Assembly (NCBI GenBank): GCA_040377425.1
Contig: JBEIOU010000013.1
Span: 7,919 to 71,918, forward strand
Source: Micavibrio sp.
GTDB lineage: Bacteria > Pseudomonadota > Alphaproteobacteria > Micavibrionales > UBA2020
DNA: 64,000 nucleotides
Direction: 5' to 3'
Position 1 is the first letter of the stretch, and every line of letters begins with the position of its first letter. The notes below the pieces were generated by a model. That model saw nothing but the letters and a program-made list of their open reading frames with translations, was not told the DNA's origin and did no database searches. Shown piece by piece: positions 52,829 through 61,766 of the stretch. Made by a program: the position numbers and the translations under genes.

Positions 52829-54247
52829 ATGACAGATGTTGTCAAAAACAAGGACACCCGCATTTCCAAAGTCGAAGACGCGCTTGCGTTCTTCCAGCCG
52901 CCGCCGGAAACATTCACCGGCAAAACCGGCCTTGAAGTCGAAATGGCGCTGTACCGCGCGGGTGCAAACAAACCCCAAATCCCCAATGCCGCAGACATGG
53001 TGGCCATGCATGCGACGCTGAAAGCCAAAGGATACGATGCGCAGCTGGAAGCCGCAGGGGTGCTAGAATACGCAAGCCCGCCTGCCGCGCTTGATAACCT
53101 CGCCCCGCTGGTCGAGCGTGTGAAGGCCGATATGCAGGCATTCGAAGACGAAGCGGCATCGCGCGGCTACACCCGTGCGCCCTTCAGCATTTTGCCGACG
53201 ACGACGGTGCAGGACGCGCTTGATAACCGCGTGCCGCGCGAACGTCTCGAGGCGTCTTTGAACGTGATCGAAACCGCGCTGAACCCGAACCTGAACCGTA
53301 TCCCGCTGCTGACCACGGGCGTTCAGACCAGCTTCAGCCCCAAAGACCCCGATGAAATGTTCCGTATGGCGCACCGCGGATATGCGCTCACGCCGCTGCT
53401 GGTTGCGGCCATGAACAGCACGGCGGGATATGTTGAAAATAACGATGAGCGTTTAACGCATCACCCGCGCGGCAAATACTACGAAATGTACGGCGCATCG
53501 GGCGGTCTGGCGCAAAGCTTCGCCAAGGCGGCCGATCCGCAGGGCTTCATCCGTAACCATATCGAGGCGGTATTCGATGCCCCGATGTTCTTTGCGTATG
53601 ACCACGACGGCTCTCTCATCCGTTCGACCAAAGACGATGTGCTGACCTTCCGCAAGCTGATGGACCGCGGCCTGAATACGCAGTCGAACTTTGAACTTGC
53701 CGAAACGTTCATCTACAACGATATCAAAATTTGCAACCTGCGTGACGAAGTGGGCAACGTCGTGGGCAAACGCCTCGAAGTCCGCGCGGCGGACAGCGGC
53801 ATGCATCAACCCGTCAGCGCGCTTTTGCTGACCGCGGCGCTGGTGCCCGATGGTAAAACAGCGGATAAGTTCGATGCGCTGCTGCGTGATTACGGCTTCA
53901 CGGGTATCCCCAAAGACGATGCGGCCTTGCTGCAGGCGGGGCGTGATGCGGCTGTCAACCATGGCGGCAAGTTCATGGATGTGGCCTTCGGCAAAAACGT
54001 ACAAACGGGCGAAGCGCGTTCCTTGCGTGAATTTGCGGCCGATGTGGCGGGCATTGTCGTTGCGCATTACGAACGCGACAAGGCGCTGGCGGCGGACGTG
54101 TCCAAATTGGCCGATCTGCTGCTGACGGGGCAGTGCGATGCGAAAACCTTCGCCGCGCAATACCGCGATCTGGGCGAAATTACCGCCGCCCTGCAACAGA
54201 CGCCCGCACCGCAATTGCAGTCGAAACCTGCGCAATTGCGTATCTAA
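52829..54247 (+). CDS. Divergent glutamate-cysteine-ligase-superfamily (carboxylate-amine ligase-like) protein, paralogue 1
   Basis: Motif-level resemblance to plant/alphaproteobacterial GCL: GLEVEM vs GTEHEKF, GVLEYASP vs GGQFELSGAP, GVQTSFSP vs VQVNLDF, LEVRAADSG vs LEMRGADGG. The product is 472 aa. Confidence 0.55.
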   Translation: MTDVVKNKDTRISKVEDALAFFQPPPETFTGKTGLEVEMALYRAGANKPQIPNAADMVAMHATLKAKGYDAQLEAAGVLEYASPPAALDNLAPLVERVKADMQAFEDEAASRGYTRAPFSILPTTTVQDALDNRVPRERLEASLNVIETALNPNLNRIPLLTTGVQTSFSPKDPDEMFRMAHRGYALTPLLVAAMNSTAGYVENNDERLTHHPRGKYYEMYGASGGLAQSFAKAADPQGFIRNHIEAVFDAPMFFAYDHDGSLIRSTKDDVLTFRKLMDRGLNTQSNFELAETFIYNDIKICNLRDEVGNVVGKRLEVRAADSGMHQPVSALLLTAALVPDGKTADKFDALLRDYGFTGIPKDDAALLQAGRDAAVNHGGKFMDVAFGKNVQTGEARSLREFAADVAGIVVAHYERDKALAADVSKLADLLLTGQCDAKTFAAQYRDLGEITAALQQTPAPQLQSKPAQLRI

Positions 54248-54268
54248 GCTGTGATGTTTCCTCCGAGA

Positions 54269-54304
54269 AAACCGCCCCTTTCCCGCGAGAGGGGCGGTTT
54301 TTTA
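54269..54304 (+). terminator. Rho-independent terminator after paralogue 1
   Basis: Stem AAACCGCCCCT / AGGGGCGGTTT followed by a T-run. Confidence 0.85.
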
Positions 54305-54324
54305 TGCGGTGCATCAAGATTTTA

Positions 54325-54354
54325 TTGACAGAATCATTATGAATCAGTCATGAT
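54325..54354 (+). promoter_or_regulatory. Candidate promoter, copy 2 of the TTGACAGAATCA element
   Basis: TTGACA (54325-54330), an 18-nt spacer, then CATGAT (54349-54354). Confidence 0.35.
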
Positions 54355-54361
54355 GTAAAAC

Positions 54362-54427
54362 ATGAAAACGGCATTTATCATCATCGCTGGCATCCGCCAC
54401 GCTCATCTGCATCATCACTGGCACTAA
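54362..54427 (+). CDS. Mini-ORF (21 codons) MKTAFIIIAGIRHAHLHHHWH, putative and near-leaderless
   Basis: The ATG lies about 8 nt after the putative -10. Six of the last nine codons are His. There is no SD sequence. Confidence 0.25.
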   Translation: MKTAFIIIAGIRHAHLHHHWH

Positions 54428-54543
54428 GCCAGTTCGTCGTTTATTCGCAGGTTTCGGCCTGCATTCACCCACAGATACCGATCTAAAATCCGCCGCCGGA
54501 AAACAAGGCAGGCGACGACAATTTATAAAGGGTTCAAAAAATC

Positions 54544-55986
54544 ATGACTGATGTGCAGAAAAATAACAGCCGCCTGATCGCCAGCATCGACGATGCAAAG
54601 GTGCTTTATGCCGCCCCCCCCGTAGAATTCACTGGCAAGATGGGCGTTGAAGTCGAAATGCCTCTCATCGACGCCCGCCGCGGCAAACCGGAAGTGCCCA
54701 CCGCCGCCGAAATGGAAAAACTGCAAGGCGTCCTGCGCGCCAAAGGCTTCGATGCGCAGCTGGAACCCGCAGGCGTTCTTGAATACGCCAGCCCCGCAAC
54801 CACCCCCGATGCACCCGCTGTCGCCCGTCTGGTCGATGTGCTGCGTCAGGAACTGGGCACGTTTACCAAATCAGCCGAAGAGGCCGGTTTCACCCGCGTG
54901 CCGTTTTCGATTGTCCCCACGACGACCGAACAGGATGCGCTCGATAAAATCGTATCGCGCCCGCGTTTGCAGGTTAGCATTGGCGCGATGAAGGAAATCT
55001 TCCCCGCCGATACGCTGCGCCTACCGCTGCTGACGTCTGCGGTGCAGGTCAGCTTTAGCCCCAAAGACGAAAATGAAATGTTCGATATGGCGCGCCGTGC
55101 CTATGCGCTGACGCCGCTTCTGATGGCTGCTTGCAATACGCTCAGCGGTTATGTTGTGAACGAAGACGAAAAAATCGGCACCTTGCCCCGCGCGAAATAT
55201 TATCAAGGCTACGGCCGCGCAGGCGGCTTGTCCGAAGCCTTCCTGAAGGCGACGAACGGCAAAGAATTCATCGAAAACCACATCCGTGAAGTTTTCGACG
55301 CGCCCATGCACTTCGCGTATGACAAAGACGGCAACCTGTTCCCGGCCAGCAAAGAAAAGCCGATTACGTTTGCAGGTCTGGCGGCTGAGGGGCTGAACAA
55401 CCAGTCCAACTATGAACTCGCGGAAACCTTTTTGTATAACGACATCAAGATCTGCAACCTGCGCGACGAAGCGGGTAATGTGGTTGGCAAACGTATGGAA
55501 GTGCGCGGTGCTGACAGCGGCATCGACCAGCCCGTGATGGCAGCCTTGCTGTCCGCGGCGATCGTACCCGCAGGCCCGCAGGCGAAAGCGTTTGATGGCT
55601 TGCTCAAAGAATACGGATTTACCGGCAACCCCACGGTCGATGCGCCGCTGCTGAAAGGTGCGCGCGAGGCGGTGGTAAACCACGGCGGTCAATTCATGGA
55701 TGTCGCGTTTGGCAAAGACGCCAAAACGGGCGAAGCACGTTCACTGCGTGATTTCGCGGCAGATGTGGCGAACATTGTGGCCACCCGCTACGAAAACCAG
55801 CCAGAGTTGGCATCGGACGTGTCCCGTCTGGTGCAGGTGCTGCTGACGGGTGATTGCGATGCCAAATTGTTCTCGCAAAAATTCGACACGATCCGCGATG
55901 CCTCCGACTACATGCTGGCGCAGGCCAAGCCGGAAAACAAACCGGCCCCTGTGGTTGCGGCGCCCCGCATGGTGATGGGCAAGTAA
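54544..55986 (+). CDS. Divergent glutamate-cysteine-ligase-superfamily protein, paralogue 2
   Basis: It is colinear with paralogue 1, with roughly half of the residues identical by eye (for example NQSNYELAETFLYNDIKICNLRDEAGNVVGKRMEVRGADSG). Confidence 0.55.
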   Translation: MTDVQKNNSRLIASIDDAKVLYAAPPVEFTGKMGVEVEMPLIDARRGKPEVPTAAEMEKLQGVLRAKGFDAQLEPAGVLEYASPATTPDAPAVARLVDVLRQELGTFTKSAEEAGFTRVPFSIVPTTTEQDALDKIVSRPRLQVSIGAMKEIFPADTLRLPLLTSAVQVSFSPKDENEMFDMARRAYALTPLLMAACNTLSGYVVNEDEKIGTLPRAKYYQGYGRAGGLSEAFLKATNGKEFIENHIREVFDAPMHFAYDKDGNLFPASKEKPITFAGLAAEGLNNQSNYELAETFLYNDIKICNLRDEAGNVVGKRMEVRGADSGIDQPVMAALLSAAIVPAGPQAKAFDGLLKEYGFTGNPTVDAPLLKGAREAVVNHGGQFMDVAFGKDAKTGEARSLRDFAADVANIVATRYENQPELASDVSRLVQVLLTGDCDAKLFSQKFDTIRDASDYMLAQAKPENKPAPVVAAPRMVMGK

Positions 55987-56012
55987 ATAACCAGTCAAGA
56001 CGGCAAAAAAGA

Positions 56013-56040
56013 CGCCCCGCAAATGCGGGGTGTTTTTTTT
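56013..56040 (+). terminator. Rho-independent terminator after paralogue 2
   Basis: Stem CCCCGC / GCGGGG with loop AAAT, followed by a T8 run. Confidence 0.85.
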
Positions 56041-56129
56041 GTGTGGAGCCTGCCCGATAAATTAACCCGGGATTATTTATTATCGGCTATGATGTAGGGT
56101 ATTCGCCAGCAAACCGGAGCTTTGCCGCC

Positions 56130-56432
56130 ATGACAGCTTTTTCCAAATTTCTGAGTGACGTTGTGATGGGCGCTGCGGGTGAAAAGGCGCAAATGACGGG
56201 CCGCATGCTCGACCTTGCCGCCGCTGACCATGGCTTGCCTGCGGGTTCGCTGAAGATGCAGCAAATACCCGAAACGGGCGCCGTTGCGATTGTGCCCATG
56301 ACACCGCCCGCCGATGGCTCGCTCAAAAATTATGGTGTGCAGGGATCAAACTATTGGGATGAACTCAAAGCCCGCGCGCAGGTGCAGGCCGCCATATCGC
56401 CGCCCCCGCGCCCAAAGGGGCCGAAGCCTTAA
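56130..56432 (+). CDS. Hypothetical protein (100 aa)
   Basis: An ORF with backbone-like composition. I recognise no family. Confidence 0.4.
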   Translation: MTAFSKFLSDVVMGAAGEKAQMTGRMLDLAAADHGLPAGSLKMQQIPETGAVAIVPMTPPADGSLKNYGVQGSNYWDELKARAQVQAAISPPPRPKGPKP

Positions 56433-56534
56433 ACAATTATACGCTTTGCCGCTATCGATGTACGGCGGCAACGCGCGGCTTTCCTGTCAACGGTACAACT
56501 GGATTCCGGCCGACGCCGGAATGACAGCGTGCTG

Positions 56535-57164
56535 CTAGCCGCGGACCTGCAACATAAATTCTTCGCGTAGATCGTCATCTTTTTCATACGCGCCGGTAAA
56601 CATGCTGGTGACGGTGACAGCGTGGTCTTTGTGGACGCCGCGCACTTTCATGCAGAAATGTTCAGCCTCCAGCATGACGGCGATGCCTTTGGGCTTCAGG
56701 TGTTTTTGCAGGGCAGCGGTAATCTCGGCGGTCAAACGTTCCTGCGTTTGCAGGCGGCGGGCGTACATATCGACCAGACGGGCGATTTTGGACAAGCCGA
56801 CGATTTTGCCGTTCGGAATATACGATACATGCGCCTTGCCCAAAAACGGGGCGAGGTGATGTTCGCAGCGCGATTCAAATTCGATATGCTTGACCAGCAC
56901 CGCGCCGTCATATCCGCCGGTTTCAGAAAACGTTTTGGCCAGAATATCGCCCGCGTTCAGGCTATACCCCGCGCAATATTCATCAAATGCCTTGATCACG
57001 CGGCGCGGCGTATCGCGCAGCCCCTCGCGGTCGGGGTTTTCGCCCACCCACGACAGCAGGGTGCGAATGGCGGCTTCTGCTTCGCTGCGCGCGGGGCGCG
57101 GGGCAGCCGTTTTGGCAGGCTTGGCGACAGTCGTTTTTTTCTTGCGGGCGGGCTTGTCGGTCAT
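56535..57164 (-). CDS. folE: GTP cyclohydrolase I
   Basis: [36 protein letters not shown] and EAEHFCM motifs. Confidence 0.92.
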   Translation of the reverse strand: MTDKPARKKKTTVAKPAKTAAPRPARSEAEAAIRTLLSWVGENPDREGLRDTPRRVIKAFDEYCAGYSLNAGDILAKTFSETGGYDGAVLVKHIEFESRCEHHLAPFLGKAHVSYIPNGKIVGLSKIARLVDMYARRLQTQERLTAEITAALQKHLKPKGIAVMLEAEHFCMKVRGVHKDHAVTVTSMFTGAYEKDDDLREEFMLQVRG

Positions 57165-57212
57165 GGCCGTGTGATCCTTTTGTAAGAATATCTAGACTAT
57201 AAATCCGGCACC

Positions 57213-57866
57213 TCAGGTGCGCCAGACAATAAGGGATGCCGCACTGCGGTAGGGGGCGAAGGCTTCCCCATGCAGGCGGGTTTCGTCAGGCTTTGGCCGT
57301 GCGGGCAGTCCCAGCAGGTTTTGCAGCCCCTTTTGAAGGGCAATATCCCCTGCCGGCCACAGGTCACCCCGGCCAAGACTGAACATCAGGTAAATCTCCG
57401 CGCTCCAAAGTCCAATCCCTTTGAGGCTGGTGAGCGTATAAAAAGCATCCGCATCGTCCATATCCGGAATATCGGCCGGATTGAACCGCTTGCTGACGAT
57501 CGCTTCGGAGAGGTGGCGCAGGTAAAGGATTTTCTGTCGGCTGATACCCATGGCGCGGAAGGCATCGTCGTCTTTTTTTAGCAGGCGGCGCGGGGTGAGC
57601 TCGGGCAGGGCGGCCTTCATCCGCCGCACCAGATGCGTGGCAACCGCCGTCGATATTTGCTGGGCCAGAATAATGTTTACCAGCCCTTCAAACCCCTCCG
57701 GCTGCTTTTTCCAGGGCAAAATGCCGTTTTGAGCATAGCCTGCGGCCAAAAGCGGGTTTTCTTTACGCAAATATCGCAAACCGCGCCGGATTTCTGGTAA
57801 GTCCTTGAGCGCGATATCCCCCTCCAGCCAGAAGTTCAGGGGTGATGTGTCTTGTTTTTCAATCAT
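57213..57866 (-). CDS. DNA-3-methyladenine glycosylase II-like (HhH-GPD superfamily)
   Basis: LKGIGLWSAEIYLMFSLGRGDLWPAGDIAL, a helix-hairpin-helix followed by the catalytic Asp region. Confidence 0.8.
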   Translation of the reverse strand: MIEKQDTSPLNFWLEGDIALKDLPEIRRGLRYLRKENPLLAAGYAQNGILPWKKQPEGFEGLVNIILAQQISTAVATHLVRRMKAALPELTPRRLLKKDDDAFRAMGISRQKILYLRHLSEAIVSKRFNPADIPDMDDADAFYTLTSLKGIGLWSAEIYLMFSLGRGDLWPAGDIALQKGLQNLLGLPARPKPDETRLHGEAFAPYRSAASLIVWRT

Positions 57867-57933
57867 TTTTCATTATTTCTGTTTATAATCTGGTACTTGG
57901 ATGCACAACACAAACAAAAGGGGATGGGTGTAT

Positions 57934-58254
57934 ATGACCTCGCTCGATGATCGCAAACAGGCTTTCGAAAACAAGTTCAAAATGGACGAAGAGTTCCGCT
58001 TCAAGGTCAACGCCCGCGCCGTGAAACTGATGGGGTTCTGGGCGGCCGAGCAGCTGGGCATGTCCGGCGCCGAAGCCGAAGCCTATGCCAGCGAAGTGGT
58101 TGATGCCGATTTCGAAGAGCCGGGCAACCAGGACGTTTTCCGCAAGGTACAAAAAGACTTTGCGCTGAAAGGCATGGATGTATCGCTGCATCACCTTGAA
58201 AACCAGTTTAACGTCCATCTGGAAGAAGCCAAGAAAAGCCTGATGGAGGGCTGA
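57934..58254 (+). CDS. DUF1476 / F1Fo-ATPase inhibitor zeta-subunit homologue
   Basis: MTSLDDRKQAFENKFKMDEEFRFKVNARAVKLMGFWAAEQLG...DFEEPGNQDVFRKV closely parallels the Paracoccus zeta subunit as I recall it. Confidence 0.8.
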   Translation: MTSLDDRKQAFENKFKMDEEFRFKVNARAVKLMGFWAAEQLGMSGAEAEAYASEVVDADFEEPGNQDVFRKVQKDFALKGMDVSLHHLENQFNVHLEEAKKSLMEG

Positions 58255-58309
58255 TCTTTCACATCGGTATATTTTGACAATAACCGCGCACGGGGAAACC
58301 TTCGCGCGG

Positions 58310-61183
58310 TTATTCGTTTTCTTTCAGAAATTCGCGTGTGATGGCGACAGCTTCGGCAAGGCCGATACGTTCAATCGCAACGCCATCCGGAAAAGCGGCT
58401 GTTAAACGTGTTGGCAATGCGCTATCCAGCATCACGAAAATGCCGCGGTCATCCGCGCGGCGGATCAGCCGGCCATAGGCCTGTTTGATTTTAAACCGCG
58501 TCAGCATGTCATCATACGCACGGCCGAAATGTGCGCGGCGCGCCTTGTGCAAAATCGTCGGGCGCGGCCACGGCACACGGTCGTAGACGCACAGGCGCAG
58601 CGAGCGGCCGGGCACATCGATGCCGTCGCGCGTGGCGTCCGTGCCCAGCAGGCAGGCGTTTTCTTCTTCGCGGAAAATATCGATCAGGGTGCCGGTTTCC
58701 AGCGGATCGACGTGCTGCGCGTATAGCGGCAGACCTGCCTCGGCCAGTGGCGCACGGATACGCTCTTCGGTCATTTTCAACCGCTGCACAGCGGTAAAAA
58801 TACCCAGCGCCCCGCCGCCCGATGCCTTGAACAGTTCACGCATGGCGGCGGCCACGGCGTCGGGGTCTTCTTTTTTGACGTCTTTTAAAACCAGTACGCG
58901 CGTTTGTGCGGCGTAATCAAACGGTGACGGCACGTGGAACGATCTCGTCGTTTCAGGTACCGCCAGGGCGCCAATGCCGCTGCGTGCAAACGGCGATTGC
59001 CAGCCCGCGGCGTCTTCGTCGGTCATATCGCGCAGCGTAGCCGATGTCACGGCAACGCCTTGTGCATGCGGCTTTAACTTGGCTGCAAACAATGCGGCGG
59101 GGTCGATTGCATGGCGGTAAAAACCGACATCGTATTCGTGCCCTTCGGCGCGGGTGATTTCCAGCCAGTCGACAACATCGCTGACCTCGCCCGCGCGCAA
59201 TCCGTCCAGCATCGATATCCAGCCGCCCAGCACATGCTGCGCACGGCGGTTTAGGGATGTCGCCATAAACTGCAAACGCTCGCGCATGCTGCTATCCAGT
59301 GTGTCGGCTTCGTCGTCCAGCCGTGCCAGAAACTTTTTCGCCAGTGCCTGCATCGGCTTTTGAATGTCGCGCAGGCGCAGCGACAGCGCATAGGCGGCGT
59401 CGAACAAGCCGGGAATGGCAGGGTGCAGCGGCGTTTCAAGACCGTACATGCCGTTCTGGTTTGCCTCTGCATTGCGTGTTTTGACTTGCTGGCGGCACAG
59501 GGCGAGGAATTGTTCGCAAGCCCCCTTGGCGGCGCCATCCCACAGACGCTGACGCCAGCCGGGCGCGGGCAGGGCGCGGGCGGCTTCTATGATGCGGTCC
59601 AGCTCGGCCTTGGCTTCGTCATCGCCCGCGATCAATTCTTCGGCGCGTTTTTGAAGCCCGCGGGCGCGGCTTTTCTGGCCGGTTTCCGCGCCTAGCAGCC
59701 AGCGGCGCAGATCCGCTGTTTCGTTACCGTCCAGATGGCACGAAAACGCGCCATCTGCCGCTTCGAATAAATGATGTCCTTCGTCGAACACATACCGTGA
59801 GGGCAGCGTATCTTCGGGGCCGATGACGGCGGTCTGGTGCATCACCAGCGCGTGGTTGGCAATGACAATATCGGCGCGTTTTGCCTTGCGTATCGATTTT
59901 TCAACAAAGCATTTATCAAAATGGGGACAGGCCGCGTAAATGCATTCGCCGCGGCGATCAGCGAAGCTCATGATACGGTTCCAGCCGATCAAACCGGGCA
60001 ACCAGCCCGGGAAGTCGCGTCCCGCCAGATCACCATCCGCTGTGACGGATACCCAGCGTGCCATGAGGCCGAGCGCCGTTGCATTCAGGTCATGCGTCAT
60101 GATGCTTTGTGATTGGGCGATGTCTTCGAAGTTTAACAGGCATAAATAATTCTCGCGCCCCTTGCGTGTGACCACTTTGCGCGTGCGCTGCGTTGGGTCG
60201 TCATACAGGCGGTCCAGTTCGGCTTCTACCTGTCTTTGCAGGTTGCGTGTGAAGGTCGATACCCAAACCGCGCCGCCATTTTTTTCTGCCCACACCGTGG
60301 CAGGTGCCAAATATCCAAGCGTTTTGCCAACGCCGGTGCCTGCTTCGGCGACCACCACATTGGGGGCTTCGGGGTGGTTGCGCGGGGCGAAAGCGTGCGA
60401 CAGTGTTTGCGCAAAAGCGCGCTGCTGCGGACGGTCTTCGCGGCTTTGTTTGCCCAGCAATTGTTGCAGCCGTGCGCTCGCTTCGTCTTCGCTGACGCCG
60501 TAATGTCCGGCGGGTGGTTCGGGCGCGTGCTGTGCCCATTCGGGCAGTTTGTCCCAGATGCGCAGTGCCGCGCGGATATCGCCGCGGGTGGGGGGCGTTT
60601 CGCTGCGCCCCATGGCCGCCAATACAGAGGCCGCCCACGGCCAGCCATATCGCTCGGCGGCTTCGATGGATGCGGCGGTCGCGGCATTGTCGGCTTGGCC
60701 GTGCATCAGCCCCATCATGGCGGCCAGTGCCGCGATGTCCTGCTGGCTTTGCAGGGGTTTTTCGCCGCGTGCATTATCGGCGCCTGCCATGCCCAGATCG
60801 GCCAGCAGATGGCGCGCGATATCGCGCAGGGCAAGGCACTGGTCTTCGGCGCTGGCGGGTTCCAGCAAATTTAAACGCCGCGCCATACCGCGCGGGGTGG
60901 GTACGGTAAACAGGCCGGGATGCACGAAAGCGAATAATTCAAGCACGTCATAGGCGTGGAATCGCTCCATCCCCAAATGTGCGGCCAGATGCGGGGCGTG
61001 ACAAACCAGCGGCATATGCAGGCGTACCATTTGCCGCGCGGCATCAATAGACAGGGGTGTGAATTCGCCATCTGTGGTCAGGCACAGCAAACGCAAACCG
61101 TCCAGCACCAGCACGGGTGCCTGCGGCACCAAAAGGCGGCGCGTCGATGCGGCGTTTTGCGGCATATGCGGCGGGGTGGTCAT
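58310..61183 (-). CDS. DinG/Rad3-family ATP-dependent DNA helicase with an N-terminal extension
   Basis: AEAGTGVGKTLGYL (Walker A), a Cys cluster (CIYAACPHFDKC) and the DEGHH box. The product is about 957 aa from the ATG at 61183. Confidence 0.8.
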   Translation of the reverse strand: MTTPPHMPQNAASTRRLLVPQAPVLVLDGLRLLCLTTDGEFTPLSIDAARQMVRLHMPLVCHAPHLAAHLGMERFHAYDVLELFAFVHPGLFTVPTPRGMARRLNLLEPASAEDQCLALRDIARHLLADLGMAGADNARGEKPLQSQQDIAALAAMMGLMHGQADNAATAASIEAAERYGWPWAASVLAAMGRSETPPTRGDIRAALRIWDKLPEWAQHAPEPPAGHYGVSEDEASARLQQLLGKQSREDRPQQRAFAQTLSHAFAPRNHPEAPNVVVAEAGTGVGKTLGYLAPATVWAEKNGGAVWVSTFTRNLQRQVEAELDRLYDDPTQRTRKVVTRKGRENYLCLLNFEDIAQSQSIMTHDLNATALGLMARWVSVTADGDLAGRDFPGWLPGLIGWNRIMSFADRRGECIYAACPHFDKCFVEKSIRKAKRADIVIANHALVMHQTAVIGPEDTLPSRYVFDEGHHLFEAADGAFSCHLDGNETADLRRWLLGAETGQKSRARGLQKRAEELIAGDDEAKAELDRIIEAARALPAPGWRQRLWDGAAKGACEQFLALCRQQVKTRNAEANQNGMYGLETPLHPAIPGLFDAAYALSLRLRDIQKPMQALAKKFLARLDDEADTLDSSMRERLQFMATSLNRRAQHVLGGWISMLDGLRAGEVSDVVDWLEITRAEGHEYDVGFYRHAIDPAALFAAKLKPHAQGVAVTSATLRDMTDEDAAGWQSPFARSGIGALAVPETTRSFHVPSPFDYAAQTRVLVLKDVKKEDPDAVAAAMRELFKASGGGALGIFTAVQRLKMTEERIRAPLAEAGLPLYAQHVDPLETGTLIDIFREEENACLLGTDATRDGIDVPGRSLRLCVYDRVPWPRPTILHKARRAHFGRAYDDMLTRFKIKQAYGRLIRRADDRGIFVMLDSALPTRLTAAFPDGVAIERIGLAEAVAITREFLKENE

Positions 61184-61291
61184 GTGGATGCTTGGGCTTT
61201 CGCGCAACTTCGTTCTTGGCTTGTTCTTTTTCGTTGTAGCGGATTCTATGGCCTAACGCCAGCCCAAACGCCCGACAACGATTAAGAACGA

Positions 61292-61675
61292 TCAATCTGT
61301 ACTGCCGAAAACGTGGCCAACCAGACGTGCGACGGCCAGCGGATGCGAAGCCCCCGGCGCGCGTTTGTGCAAAATGTCCGGATGCAGATGATAAAATGTA
61401 TCGAGGACTTCATGAATATTCAGGCTGACATACAGCATTTCATGAACAACCCGGCTTTTCTTTTGTCCGTAGGATACGCGGTAAAAACGATAAACGTTCC
61501 ACGTGGCGCCACCATCGCGGCAGGCTTCAAAAACGATATTGTGCGTCGAGGGGCAGCGTATAATGCTGATATCGTCGAGTGTCAATTTTTGGCCACGCAG
61601 CTTTTTATACAGCCGGCTTGCCGTGCGCCGCAGACGTGTTGTCCAGGCTTCATGATTGGCGCTATTGTGTGACAT
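61292..61675 (-). CDS. Hypothetical protein, short paralogue of the 61767..62372 product
   Basis: Shared blocks are L.L.D..(I/V)I..P, F.A.R..G.WNV(Y/W) and HP..VA...GH(V/I)F. I recognise no family. Confidence 0.55.
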   Translation of the reverse strand: MSHNSANHEAWTTRLRRTASRLYKKLRGQKLTLDDISIIRCPSTHNIVFEACRDGGATWNVYRFYRVSYGQKKSRVVHEMLYVSLNIHEVLDTFYHLHPDILHKRAPGASHPLAVARLVGHVFGSTD

Positions 61676-61766
61676 TCGTCACTATAGGTGTTGATACGCA
61701 TAATAAGCAAAGTAATTCGTGTTTATTATTTGTGTGTTGCCCCGCGCGCCGGAAAAGCCAGCGTTA

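Noticed and set aside
54428-54543. Classical histidine attenuator downstream of the His-rich mini-ORF
   Set aside because: No terminator hairpin with a T-run, and no obvious alternative pairing, lies between the mini-ORF and the ligase ATG.
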